From Pecten maximus (taxonomy: Eukaryota): a stretch of DNA of 64,000 bases. The stretch is taken from assembly GCF_902652985.1 (NCBI RefSeq), contig NC_047025.1:16988001-17052000 (forward strand). Reading direction: 5' to 3'. Positions 40,922 to 53,477 of this stretch are shown piece after piece. Position 1 is the stretch's first letter. Every line of letters begins with the position of its first letter. The notes beneath the pieces were generated by a model. The model saw only the letters and a list, made by a program, of their open reading frames with translations. It made no database searches and was not told the DNA's origin. The translations under genes and the position numbers were made by a program.

Positions 40922-41211
40922 CATAATACGGCTGTTTGGTCCTTCTAGGACTCGTCAGTGATGTAAGGGACATCATACAGCTGTTTCGTCCTTCTAGGAC
41001 ACGTCAGTGATGTTAGGGACATCATGCAGTTGTTTCGTCCTTCTAGAACTCGTCAGTAATGTTAGGGACATCATACAGCTGTTTCGTCCTTCTAGGACTC
41101 GTCAGTGATATTAGGGACATCATACAGCTGTTTCGTCCTTGAAGGACTCGCCAGTGATACTAGAGACATCATACAGTTTTTTCGTCCTTCTAGGACTCGT
41201 CAGTGATGCTA
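40922..41211 (-). ncRNA. Tandem array of six 49-bp units, each a minimal hammerhead ribozyme motif; copy 41069-41117 has an intact core
   Basis: Minus-strand consensus ACATCA-CTGACGA-GTCC-TAGAA-GGAC-GAAAC-AGCT-GTA/TGATGT: CUGANGA and GAAA core, stem II GUCC/GGAC, GUA cleavage triplet, stem I ACAUCA/UGAUGU. Unit starts on the plus strand: 40922, 40971, 41020, 41069, 41118, 41167. Confidence 0.9.
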
Positions 41212-44200
41212 AAGTTTTAAAGTGTTGATATATAGAAGGCGGCGGAGAAACCAAAAAATGTCGAAAGAAAACTCAAAATATAGAGGGAGATGTAATAGCA
41301 CCATCATACAATGACAACAATGACAACAACAATTTATCAGCCACCACAGAAAGTCTTTACAGGGGAAGTACAAGTGACTGTGTTTTCGATCTCCTATGCA
41401 CTCTTCACAACTAAACATACCGTACAATGCGGTTGCGCTGGTCACATTCTAAGCCATTGTATACGCGGCCAATAGAGGGCCGGGTAACAGTTACGGGCGT
41501 TATGGGAACGGTTGGTGAGGCAGCCAGAAGTGTCAACATGACAAATGGCGTGATACGGAGACAGGGATGATCGGCCAAGTGCACGCTCGTGATATTTTAC
41601 AGATGGAATCTGACATTCAAGTTCTCGTTTCATTAAATAAATTAATTCATAAATTTCACAAGCAGGTTTTTCATTACACATTTTGACATTTTCATTTGAA
41701 AATTGAGGAAAATTTTCTATTGTGATGTGGACTACTTGTACCAGTATACAGATTTTAAGGCAAATTACACCGCCAAAATGTCCGGTTTTTCCCGAGGTCA
41801 ACTTTTTATATTTTCTTAAATTATGCTTAAAGATTGATATCCATATGAAATGATGGAACTAAATGCAATGTTAAGCTTGCTCCAGTCCACATACACTAAT
41901 ATAACCACGTGTTAAATATTATGACTTATTATTTATTGATGGTAATTAGGTAACCACCAAAACGTTGATAGTTCCTCAAATCTTTCGACAGGAATTGGGG
42001 TTCCAGGGACTTAAGGTTAAATCTTTGAAAAAACTCAACATTCAGAAAATATATTTTGTCATTGGTAATACCATTATTTCACTACCTTTACTAGATATAT
42101 CCAGTAACGATCAATTTGATTTTAGAACCAAATAAAGCAACAGCAATATCAAAAACATGATTTATTTAATTTGAGGTGTAGAGCACTTTTACCCGCGATT
42201 CTTGATCGATACCACTTACTGCCGAACAGGTTAACTTTCAATTACATGCATCCTAAAAAGAGGGATATACCGTCTTAAAAGCATTGCTGCGATTGGTGCT
42301 AACTGGTAGACCGGTGGCCATATCACACTGGATCGTCCTAACGGGATGGATATTTGATGTATATGATATGGCTTGAGGGTAAACTTCTCTCCTAAATGAG
42401 AATCGAGCTTGGTTTGTATTTCACAAAAGGTCGGGACATCATAATTGAGTATCATGAAAAAATGAAGTTCATGAAACAAGAGTCGGGAACAAAAGACGGC
42501 GTCCCTCCCTCATATAGAAGATATAATGACTCACATTCATTAGCGTTTGGAGATTCTCTTGATATGTGACGAAGCGACACAATATCCGCCAGCACAGTTT
42601 CAGCTCCTAAGGGAGTTGTTTGTTTTGGCAACACTCTAAATCCGGCATCAGTCACCACATTATAACTCTCCCGGTCGGTACACTCTGTTATTGTTTTTCC
42701 GTCTACTCATTGGGCCCTTTGTTCGTTTGGTTGTTTATTTTAAAACGCCCCATTCCTAAAGATGAATAATGATTTAAAGCTGATATCTTTTAAACAGACA
42801 GAAAATAAATAATGAAAGAGTAATCAGTGGGTTCCGTGTACTAGGAATAATCTTACTTTGAAGTTATGATTATTTAAGAAGCAAAACGACGGGAAAATGA
42901 CAGTGGTATGCTTTATTTTAAAACCAAAATTTAAAATTAAAACAAAATTAAAATAACATGATTCTAGAGCATCGGGCAATATTTGTATATATATATATAT
43001 TTTTTAGATCACGTTCTCTCAGAGTTTTTTTTCTAAACAAACGCATCTAGACATGTCTAGCACGCTTTAATCAAAGACCATTAATTACACATACACCATT
43101 CTAAGGTTCTAAAGCTTGAAAACATACACACATGGTACGGAGTGTAATGTCTTAATTAAAGATAATAGGTGTTTTTGAATTCAAAAACTTAAGTATCTTT
43201 AACTTGTTAATTAATGCTGAAGCGTAATATGTTTTACGAGAAAAACTTGTTTATCAGCTCCGCGAGATGGCCGTCCTTGAATATCATATTTACGATCTAC
43301 GATGATGGTCTTGCCAATAGCATTGTTAGTTTGAATAAAAAATATTCTTAATGTTAATGAAAGCAATGCTTTTACTTTGTAACAGAATTGGTATCAATGA
43401 TTTGACTAGTATGATCAACTTTCAATAACGGGTTTTATAGTCATACCTTATTATCGTACAATATGGCCACAAGTAAGCTTGATATTTTAATTTAACCAAC
43501 AAGATAACCATACGTTTTCCGGAATCATTTCACCAATATTAGCACCCACATTGGCACATAGGGAAAAGTTAAATGTTTAGATGCATAAAGCCGTGCATGA
43601 AGATCCTTATCCGCGAACACGCCTGTCATTCTTCTCCTCCCGATAAATCGCTACACTTGCTTCCTCTTCTGTCAGTTTAAAAAGCTCATAAAGTAGGGAT
43701 AATGCTGATGATAATCTGACATTGCGGTACAAAGTATCCATACGGTTTTGAGGAGTCTGAGCTGTCTTATAATGGCCGTTTCACATGTGCAGCTCATGAA
43801 ATATTACAAAAAGTCATAATTGCTACGATAAAATCGCGTATATACATGCTTTGGAAATAATTGGTCTTCATCAATTTCTCGTCAACACATCAATGCTTGT
43901 TTAAAGGATAAAAACATGGTGGTGTCTGAGAGAGATAATCACGTGTTTGGTAGTTTTATCGGTGCCTGCATGGAATCACCCGTCATATTGTGACCCCAGC
44001 TGAACACCAAAACAAAAAAGCCTTTAAATCATTGATACAGATTTAGTGCATCGCCATTTTATCATTTTCCATGCAGAATGTCCGAGTACCAAGACCTCGG
44101 GTCAAGAACTGCTTTGAGAAAAAACTGCCATGTGACAACCTTAAGATCTACGATTCGACGACGAACTAGTGAAGCGACAAAGTGAAATGTGTTATGCGAC

Positions 44201-44234
44201 GACAAATACACGATGCGACATCATAAAAGCGTGA

Positions 44235-45370
44235 CTTGACAACCTGATGAAGTCTGTGATGTGACAACCTTACGAAGTCTGTGATGTGACAACCTTATGA
44301 AGTCTGTGATGTGAAAACCTTATGAAGTCTGTGATGTGACAACCTTATGAAGTCATGTGACAACCTTATGAAGTCTGTGACGTGGCAACCTTATGAAGTC
44401 TGTGACGTGACAACCTTATGAAGTCTGTGACGTTAAAACGTTATGAAGTCTGTGATGTGACAACCTTATGAAGTCTGTGACGTGACAACCTTATGAAGTC
44501 TGTGACGTGGCAACCTTATGAAGTCTGTGATGTGACAACCTTATGAAGTCTGTGACGTTACAACCTTATGAAGTCTGTGACGTTACAACCTTATGAAGTC
44601 TGTGATGTGACAACCTTATGAAGTCTGTAACGTTACAACCTTATGAAGTCTGTGACGTTACAACCTTATGAAGTCTGTGATGTGACAACCTTATGAAGTC
44701 TGTGCCGTGACAACCTTATGAAGTCTGTGACGTGACAACCTTATGAAGTCTGTGACGTGACAACCTTATGAAGTCTGTGACGTGACAACCTTATGAAGTC
44801 TGTGATGTGACAACCTTATGAAGTCTGTGGTGCGACAACCTGATGAAGTCTGTGACGTGACAACCTTATGAAATCTGTGACAGAGGCAAATTCAACATAA
44901 GCGCTAGCGCGCTTCATGGAATTTGCCTCTGTCCAGTTGGCATTCATATTGACTATGAATGCCAACTGAAAGCCATTCAATGCTTAAAATATTTACCATT
45001 GTATGGCACTGCCACTATATAACCCTACCCAATTCAGTTGCGAGTTCACCAGCCTATGACACTGCCAACAGGAAGTGATCTCTGCTACTGGTAAGCGCGG
45101 GAAATTTGAATTTGAAAATTTCAAAACAAAAATCGCATGACAATAAAAAATCGCAGATGGTAAATATAAGAATTGAACGGCTTTCAGTTGGCATTCATAG
45201 TCAATATGAATGCCAACTGAAAGCCGTTCAATGCTTAAATGAAGTCTGTGATGTGGCAACCTTATGAAGTCTGTGATGTGGCAACCTTATGAAGTCTGTG
45301 ACGTGACAACCTTATGAAGTCTGTGATGTGACAACCTGATGAAGTCTGTGACGTGACAACGTTATGAAGA
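44235..45370. repeat. Tandem minisatellite, 25-bp unit (GTGACAACCTTATGAAGTCTGTGAY), interrupted at ~44880-45240
   Basis: Read directly; the array resumes after the insert. Confidence 0.95.
44879..45240. mobile_element. Palindrome-rich insert within the 25-bp array
   Basis: 15-bp hairpin 44879-44933; 15-bp hairpin 44934-44968; perfect 28-bp hairpin 45172-45232; direct repeat ending AAAGCCRTTCAATGCTTAAA near both ends. Confidence 0.75.
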
Positions 45371-45414
45371 TTTTGGTGTTGCATTGTTTAACGCCCTATC
45401 AAAAACTATTTAAG

Positions 45415-45542
45415 GATTGTACCTCATTTTGACTGCGTATACGGATGTATGCCCGCAGTTGGCAACGAACATTTCCCATGATATATGTTCGTTGCCAACT
45501 GCTGGCATACTACCGTATACGCAGTCAAAATGAGGTACAATC
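45415..45542. repeat. Long imperfect fold-back palindrome (~128 bp)
   Basis: GATTGTACCTCATTTTGACTGCGTATACGG ... CCGTATACGCAGTCAAAATGAGGTACAATC, with inner GCAGTTGGCAACGAACAT/ATGTTCGTTGCCAACTGC. Confidence 0.9.
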
Positions 45543-48500
45543 GTTATATTTACAAGTCATTTAAATACAGTACGACGACAATTAAGTTCAGGGTGTGTTG
45601 CGACGTTGGTAATTTAGGCAGCCAGTGGTTGCAAAGATAATATAGTTCCAGTGAATCTACGCAAAGCCACCAGTATTATAAACAAAATTAAAAGAAAGCA
45701 ACTCAACGTTTTTGTTTGATACATATTACGCTTTTAATTAATTGATATATTCACAATCCACAATTTCCCTCTCAGATTAACTATGGTTGTCAAGCACAGT
45801 GTGTATTGACACAGATTTAGTAGTGACGTGGTCAAGTGTTCTCTAGGAACTGTACACTTCAGCCATTTGCCGTTAGTTTATCTCGTGTAGAGAAGTTAAA
45901 TATGCACCCGTTTCCGCAATATTCAGTTTAGTTTTTGACAAAATACTCATTTGACGTTAGGGTTTTTTTGTGCACAGATCATCGGGTCACAGGAGAAAAC
46001 GCTAAAATTGCGTTGATCAGTCGTTTCAAAATAACGTCACAACTAGACGACGTCATAATTATGTTACTGATTCCCGTGCTTATTAATCCGCTGAGCATTT
46101 TTTCTATTGCGTATACGCCGATTTTATTCGCAGTCAGAGTTTAATAAGCTGAAGAAGGGAGATATTTAATATATAATTTATGAGCTTTCTTTTGGTGTAC
46201 AATATAATTACATATTGTAACAGCATTTTTAATCATTGTTTAGAATTGAAATTTAAAAAAAATACATCATAGGTTGGTTCATGTTTATTTTCATACACAA
46301 ATTAAAATTTTTCTTATCAAATTAACTACTACTGTTAGTAATTTACATATTAAAAATGGCAATGTTTGTCTTGTTGCATAAATGTTGATTATCAGGTTCA
46401 ATGAACGCAAATACAACTCATCTTCAGACCTTATGTAGGTAGAGTGTAGGTAGTTATCTACAGAAAACAAAGCACCCTCATCTTTATTGTAGCGGCTGTG
46501 TCGATGTTAACGAGGATACTGACCCACAAACACTGACCCGGCACGACCTCGTTCGTCAGGATGAAGGACCCGCTGACCAGGAATCATTTGTATTTACAGC
46601 CGTTATCAGCCACGTTTCACCAACAATTACCCCAGTCTGATTTTAAGACACACGCTCAAAATTACCAAGTCACCTTTAATTTGGTACGATACCGATTATA
46701 CCTCTCTAATGAAACTATACCTAGACCACGTCTTGTAATCGGGCAGTTAACAATCTATAGGCCTGATAGCGAATATATGATAAATTCCTATCAAAGTTTA
46801 ATTATTATGATAATAAAGTGACCAGCTGATGTTCGACGAAAGTGTCTTCATTAAGATTTCAATTTCTTTTTTTAAAGCATTAAAACTATTTCGGAATTGT
46901 ACGTCTTTATCAAAATGGTTGATGGAGTGTATTTTTTGTATTTTGCTAAGGTTAATGATGATACGCTGTTTATGTTTTTAGATTTTCTTTTCATTGTTTA
47001 TATTAATACATTATCAGCCACACATCACCATGATAGAAACGAGAGATGTTTTAACACTATGATAATTAATCTACTATTACAGGGACACAAACAACATAAA
47101 TTTGGGATCAATCCAACAACAGCAGTCTCTCGTATAACAACATTTAATGTTAGACAATGCCCATACTACAGTAATGATTATCAGTTATTGGAATCTAATA
47201 ATATATCAACGCAACACCCATTACTCTGGTGTTAATTAGTTTATAAATTAATTAATCAAAATCAGCATCGCCTAATTGAATAAGGGAACCAAGCAAGCAA
47301 AATGTGCACAAATAAAATGTCACGCCATCTTTATCATTGTGTTGGAAAGCCCGGATGAATCCGTACGGCTTGCTTGAGTAGTTTTTCTAATGACCCGTTT
47401 CGTCATAGCCTTAACAATGTCGTCGTTATCCCTAAATCGCAATAGCGAAAAGGAACTTTTTAAGGTATTTTGGAAGTCAAGGGCGATTAACTTTTCAGGT
47501 TGTATGTGTTTGGGTCATTTTGAGCTGCACAGCGTCGGGATTTCCGAATCAGAGGTTACATTCACATTTAAAGATGGTACGGAAAGTACAACAAAAGAAC
47601 AGCTGCCTTCGTATCAATTTAAATCTTGGCAGTTCGTTTTTCTAGGTCATAGCACCAGTAATGTAACGCGAACACAATGCAAAAGTCGGGCATATGTACT
47701 CAAAACATCAGCGCATGTCGCTTATTATAACAATGTCAGATGGACTCCATATATATTTCAGATACATCAAAATTATTATTTAAACTGTATTACGATTTAT
47801 AGTCCAACATGTATACTATACTGATAAACATAACTAAGGACTCATTATGGATTCTGCATTAGATGTGATTTAATCTTAAGCGCGACGGTAAGGATTCGCT
47901 CTACAATGTTGTCGATACGACTTAAATCAGACTTGTTAAACTCCGTGTTACATGTTTGCTTTCAAGTCCAATTAAAGTTTACATGTTTTATAAGAAAACA
48001 TTTAGAGAAAGTATGAAAGATTCCTGTTATATTTAGCCAGGCGCGAGCGATTAAATCTTTGTACCGAAGGAAAGTTGCGCGAAACCTATTAATATATTTG
48101 GAATCTAGTGCGTTTTAAATATGTACGTGTACCCGTCATTGTAAGGAAACGTGGGGTTATGACACTGCGCCCTGGCGGCTCCCAGCTTTAATGTGTTTTC
48201 TTATCTTACTCGAGTGATAAGACCAAACAAAAAGTAATGTGTATCCAAACTCAACATTACAGAACCAGACAGCATAACGTAATAAATTCATCATACTTTA
48301 AATCCGGGAGATGACACCTCTAAATCAAATCATTATACGCCTTGGAAAACGTTGTAAAAGCAGCCTTTGTTGTCCAAATGTAGGTGTGTCGGTGTCTACT
48401 CGATCTCGTGCCTCATGTAACTATGAATTAGTGTATTTCAACATCTTAAACCAGAATAGGTATGAAACTGACGATAATTGGAATAGAAAAGGATGTGGAA

Positions 48501-48744
48501 TTCAATGTTTGATTCGCTGTATGCCATGTCTATTTAATTTGTCAAAGATTTTGAAATATAAAATTAAACACATCCCACTCTGACGCAAGAATAACTCATT
48601 GTAATAAATGTGCTGGCATCGAACTCTGACAGACGTTTGAATTCATTGTAATGCTGACACTTTCCTGACGAAAGCCACCCCAGCCTGACCCACGGTTTGT
48701 ACTCTATATTATTATGATTTTTATTATTCATTATTCTAGTACTC

Positions 48745-49570
48745 GGGCCCTTGTCTGCCACACGCTTGTATAAAATACTGGGACCCTGGTCTGACACACG
48801 CTTGTATAAAATACTGGGACCCTGGTCTGACACACGCTTGTATAAAATACTGGGACCCTGGTCTGACACACGCTTGTATAAAATACTGGGACCCTGGTCT
48901 GACACACGTTTGTATATAATACTGGGACCCTGGTCTGCCACACGCTTGTATAAAATACTGGGACCCTGGTCTGCCACACACTTGTATAAAATACTGGGAC
49001 CCAGGTGGGATACACGCTAGTATAAAAAAAGTAATACTGGCACCCAGGTCTGACACACGCTTGTATAAAATACTGGGACCCTGGTCTGCCACACACTTGT
49101 ATAAAATACTGGGACCCAGGTGGGATACACGCTAGTATAAAAAAAGTAATACAGGCACCCAGGTCTGACACACGCTTGTATAAAATACTGGGACCCTGGT
49201 CTGACACACGCTTGCATATAATACTGGGACCCAGGTCTGACACACGCTAGTATATAATACTGGGACCCAGATCTGACACGCTAGTATATAATACTGGGAC
49301 CCTGGTCTGACACACGCTTGTATATAATACTGGGACCCAGGTCTGACACACGCTAGTATATAATACTGGGACCCAGATCTGACACGTTTGTATATAATAC
49401 TGGGACCCAGGTCTGACACACGCTTGTATATAATACTGGGACCATGGTCTGACACACGCTAGTATATAATACTGGGACTCTGGTCTGACACACGCTTGTA
49501 TAAAATACTGGGGCCGGGTCTGACACACGCTAGTATATAATACTGGGACTCTGGTCTGACACACGCTTGA
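48745..49570. repeat. Tandem minisatellite, 36-bp unit (ACTGGGACCCTGGTCTGACACACGCTTGTATAAAAT), ~23 copies with length variants
   Basis: Read directly. Confidence 0.95.
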
Positions 49571-49574
49571 ATAG

Positions 49575-49937
49575 TAATATCCTTGTGTTTTACACCTATT
49601 GTACCAATTTGTGATCATATATAACATAGTAACACAATTGTCGAAGGAAGACAACTTGATGACTCGTGCCCTGACCGGGCCTCGAACTCACGATCTACGG
49701 CACCCAATCCCCTAGCCAGAAATACCATCAGCTTATATCGCTGCGTAGACTGGCCCCCTGTCTGTAGAATATTAAAATTATAAATAACATTGAGCTTTAT
49801 GATTTTGATTCCTAGGATATGTCTGATCCTATGTTTCAAACTAGGGGCAGATAATCTAGTATTATAATTTAGCTTGGCAATTCTAAACAAAACAACTGAG
49901 GGTCTGGTGGCCACTCTAATCTCTGCGCCACATCGTC
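49575..49937 (-). mobile_element. tRNA-derived SINE, interrupted in its A-box region by a MITE
   Basis: With the MITE and one TSD copy removed, the minus strand reads GATGTGGCGCAGCGATATAAGC (A-box-like) ... GTGAGTTCGAGGCCC (B-box-like, 49691-49677). Confidence 0.6.
49746..49918 (+). mobile_element. MITE copy 1 with TAGACTGGCC termini and 9-bp TSD
   Basis: TAGACTGGCC...GGCCACTCTA; flanks ATCGCTGCG (49737-49745) and ATCTCTGCG (49919-49927), 8/9 identical; reverse-complement match to 55695-55863. Confidence 0.85.
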
Positions 49938-50002
49938 GTTCTTAGAATTATATAGATATAATTAAAAGTAAATAGCGACCTTGTGATGGATATACATAAA
50001 AT

Positions 50003-50185
50003 TAAATATAAACACAAACCAGAAAATCACAAGCGCTTTCGCTTACTTTCAGAGCAAGCTCTTCATGTGAAATGAAGAGCTTGCTCTGAAAGTAAGGGAA
50101 AGCGCTTGTGATTTTCTGGTAATGAAGAGCTTGCTCTGAAAGTAAGCGAAAGCGCTTGTGATTTTCTGGTTTGTGTTTATATTTA
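50003..50185. repeat. Fold-back palindrome whose right arm carries a 50-bp tandem duplication
   Basis: Left arm 50003-50066; right-arm segments 50071-50120 and 50121-50170 differ at one base. Confidence 0.9.
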
Positions 50186-52539
50186 GATAATATATATATA
50201 TATATATATATTGATAGTGAGAACATGAACAAACACAAAGATTTTATAATTAAAAAAAAATAATGCAGGGTGATCCTTGGCTCGTTTTCTTTTCTCTTTA
50301 TACATTATACTGGTATCTTTATAGCCTTGCTTGTCACACAAAGACTATACTCCTTAGTTGTAAGCTTACTATGGTTACTATGACGACTTGTACTAAACTA
50401 ACGTTACAATGTGATTGGATCGTGCTAGGTGTTCCCGGACTTTCTGTATTTTATCGGATATTTGATAAGGAAACCAGTCGTTTGATCACTTTACTGTTTA
50501 TATTATAACGCATGTGAACTGGCCGAACCAAGCCTAATCTCGACCTGGTCAGCATCAGCGATATCACGGAATCCCGTGGGGTTTGTGGTCAGTGGAACAG
50601 CCGCTCTTCAGTCGCGCGTGTGAATCAAATCTGTTGCGTGCGCAGCCCCATTAAAGGTCATTACCACATCCCAGCAAAACAGAAGCCAAAGTTCAAAAGG
50701 AAATGCGGGATTCAAATAAATCTGGTTTTCATCATGAATGATAAGAAACAGGGGGCTTGGTTAATGTGTATCATCGAATTGTTGAGAATAATGGCCGCTA
50801 TATGTCGAAATCTTTGATATAATCAGGACATTTCAAGTTTGGGTAATGTCCCACCATATGGCCCCGTATTGTGTCATTAATAGTGAGTGTGTTTACACGG
50901 TAGGTCGGGGATTTTGTATGTACTTCATTTGCTGCATGAAGGTTAAGGTTCATCGTCCGGCATGTACAGTTGACATTCCATGTTCAATTTAGGATCTGCC
51001 GACAATTCCATACGTGGCAATGGACACGATACATCGGCATCAATTCAATAGTTGACAGACTGACTAGAAGTGATGAATACCATTATTATATTAGAATTCT
51101 GGAAAAATGATACAATAACAGGATGGTTCACAGCATGGTCTAAACCGACAATGATCACACAACGACAAAGGCACAAAGGGCCGACTTGTCACACCCCACT
51201 CAATTATCTGATAGTGTTTGACACCTTTGGGAGAAGAGTAGGAGTAGCGTTTGTGAGCGCGAGAGCGAGTGACGCAATCGGTGAATAACGAAATTGACGC
51301 ATGATGTATTAAACTAAAGATATTTGTAAAATAGGTTCTCTATAATATACATGACAGATATATTGTTTACGCACCTTATCCACATTGCCACCGCCCCTCC
51401 CCTAACTATCTTTTAAACCGCAACAAATATAATTTTTTGGAGAGAGAAAAAGAGGTCTTTATAGATAGTTGCAGTGGTTTTATTTAATCCTATAACCACG
51501 AATGTTTGAGGTTAGTTCACCAAACTCGTTTGCTGCGAAGCGCATCCTTTCAAATTCCGGTAATTGTCGAGATGGTATGCCATACAGGTTGTCTGCTTTT
51601 GAATGTAGGTCAGAGGTCCTTTGTTACTGAAACTGGGCACCTGTGTTTTCTCCCGATATCGCATTCTAACTGATATCGTTTGAAATTACCTACCCACCGA
51701 TAAAATTACAAGGAAAAGGGAACATTCTTTCCGTTTTATGCATGAAACAAAATATCCGAAATGTCAGTTGAGGTTAACGTCTAACGCTCCTGAATTCTGA
51801 CCGATATTTCCGGGGAAACACCGGTTCGGGGTGGGAAATACCTCCAAAATAGAGTTATGGAGCGTATAATACTTCATTATATTTATACTGTAATTAAATA
51901 AAAATGACACGACGTTTTTAACTTACATTCTTAACACATTGGGACTTCCGATATATTCTCATTAATGTTGTACAATAGGATAGTTTATACATTACAATGA
52001 TTCTATATCCATATCGTTATTGGTGTTTTATGCTATAAGACTTGTTTAGCTTAAAATTCACAAAAAGAAAAAGAAAAAAAACTAATAAAAATTAAAAACA
52101 AAAAAAAAAGGAAAAAAAAGAGCATCATCTATCCTGTTTGGAACTGACATAAAATATCAATGACCTGTTACAGTCCAGTGGTACTCCTTACAGATCGGTC
52201 TAACTACATACACTAGCGACACTTCGAGGAGCTTCCAGAGTATGGCCATTGTTAAATTTGTGACACGACAGATGGAATCATCTTTATCACGAGATACAGC
52301 CACACGATAGGAGCTTGTACAGACGCCACCCGGAGTTACGAGATTCATCCACACAATGGGAGCTTATACGGTCACCAAACGAGGAACTACGAGATACACG
52401 TACAGCTTACACGATGGAAGCTTATACAGACTACACACGGAGTCGACCCGACTTGGAGTGCAATGTAACTAAGAAATTCATCAAGACGATGGAAGCTTGT
52501 ACATATTTCAAAAGGCGGACATCACAATGGCTACCATAT

Positions 52540-52600
52540 ATACAATTCAATGCAATACAATACAACAATAAAATACAATGGAATACAATATAATACAATA
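52540..52600. repeat. Degenerate (AATAC)n microsatellite
   Basis: Read directly. Confidence 0.7.
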
Positions 52601-53477
52601 TATTTAATCGAGGTGCAACGTGTCAATTTTATAGCAATAGCAGTATCAGTTAACGGCCTTTTATAAGCGTATATTCGCTTCTTGGCCCCCTGTTTAAGGT
52701 AAATGAAATTAATTAGAAAACATCATTAGTATTACAACTGTACAGAATTATCCAAATTTGACATTGACATCCAGCCTATGAAACAAAGACTTATGAGACA
52801 TTCAGAGAAATATAAATACATATTCAGTTAGTACGTTTTTCAAGTAAATTGACAGACGGACAGACATAAATACGGCTTTGATGTAACGTCTCTCTTACAT
52901 TGCGATGAACTGCTTATGTAACTTATTTTCCTTTTTTTCGAAACACCAAGTGCATAACAAGAAAATATTTTAAACTACATATACTCTGTTTCTACCGATC
53001 TTAAGACCGGACGTTGTGTACACGTGTTTACTCATCGCGCCATGATTCATTTCTTGTAGCCTTTCATGTTAGATAATGTTGGGATTTCAGTCAATGGGTT
53101 ACTTGCTGTAAGTCATAAATAGATTCAAAATATGGATTTATATCGGAAAGGTCGATGGCTGCTTTATGATAAACGGGCATTTGCAACGGTAAAAAGATAT
53201 GTTTGACTGCATTAATTGACATGGATCTGAAAATCTAAAATCTGCCTTCCGACCCAGTTATACATTAGACACTGGCTTAGCATATGAAATGCAGAATAAC
53301 ATTTCGGGCATAGACAGCGGACAAGACATCTGAATATTACGGGAAGTCGTAATAGTTTAGGACCTCTAGATAAAGTCTGATTTGAAGGTCCACGCGCGCG
53401 CGCGCGCGCGCAAAAAAAAAAAAAAAGGCGAAAGAGCTCGCACAAAAAGAAAACATCCGCGGATTGTTACCAATGAA

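Noticed and set aside
49660-49745. tRNA gene
   Set aside because: A/B-box-like motifs are present, but I could not fold a cloverleaf and the region is interrupted by a MITE; treated as a SINE head.
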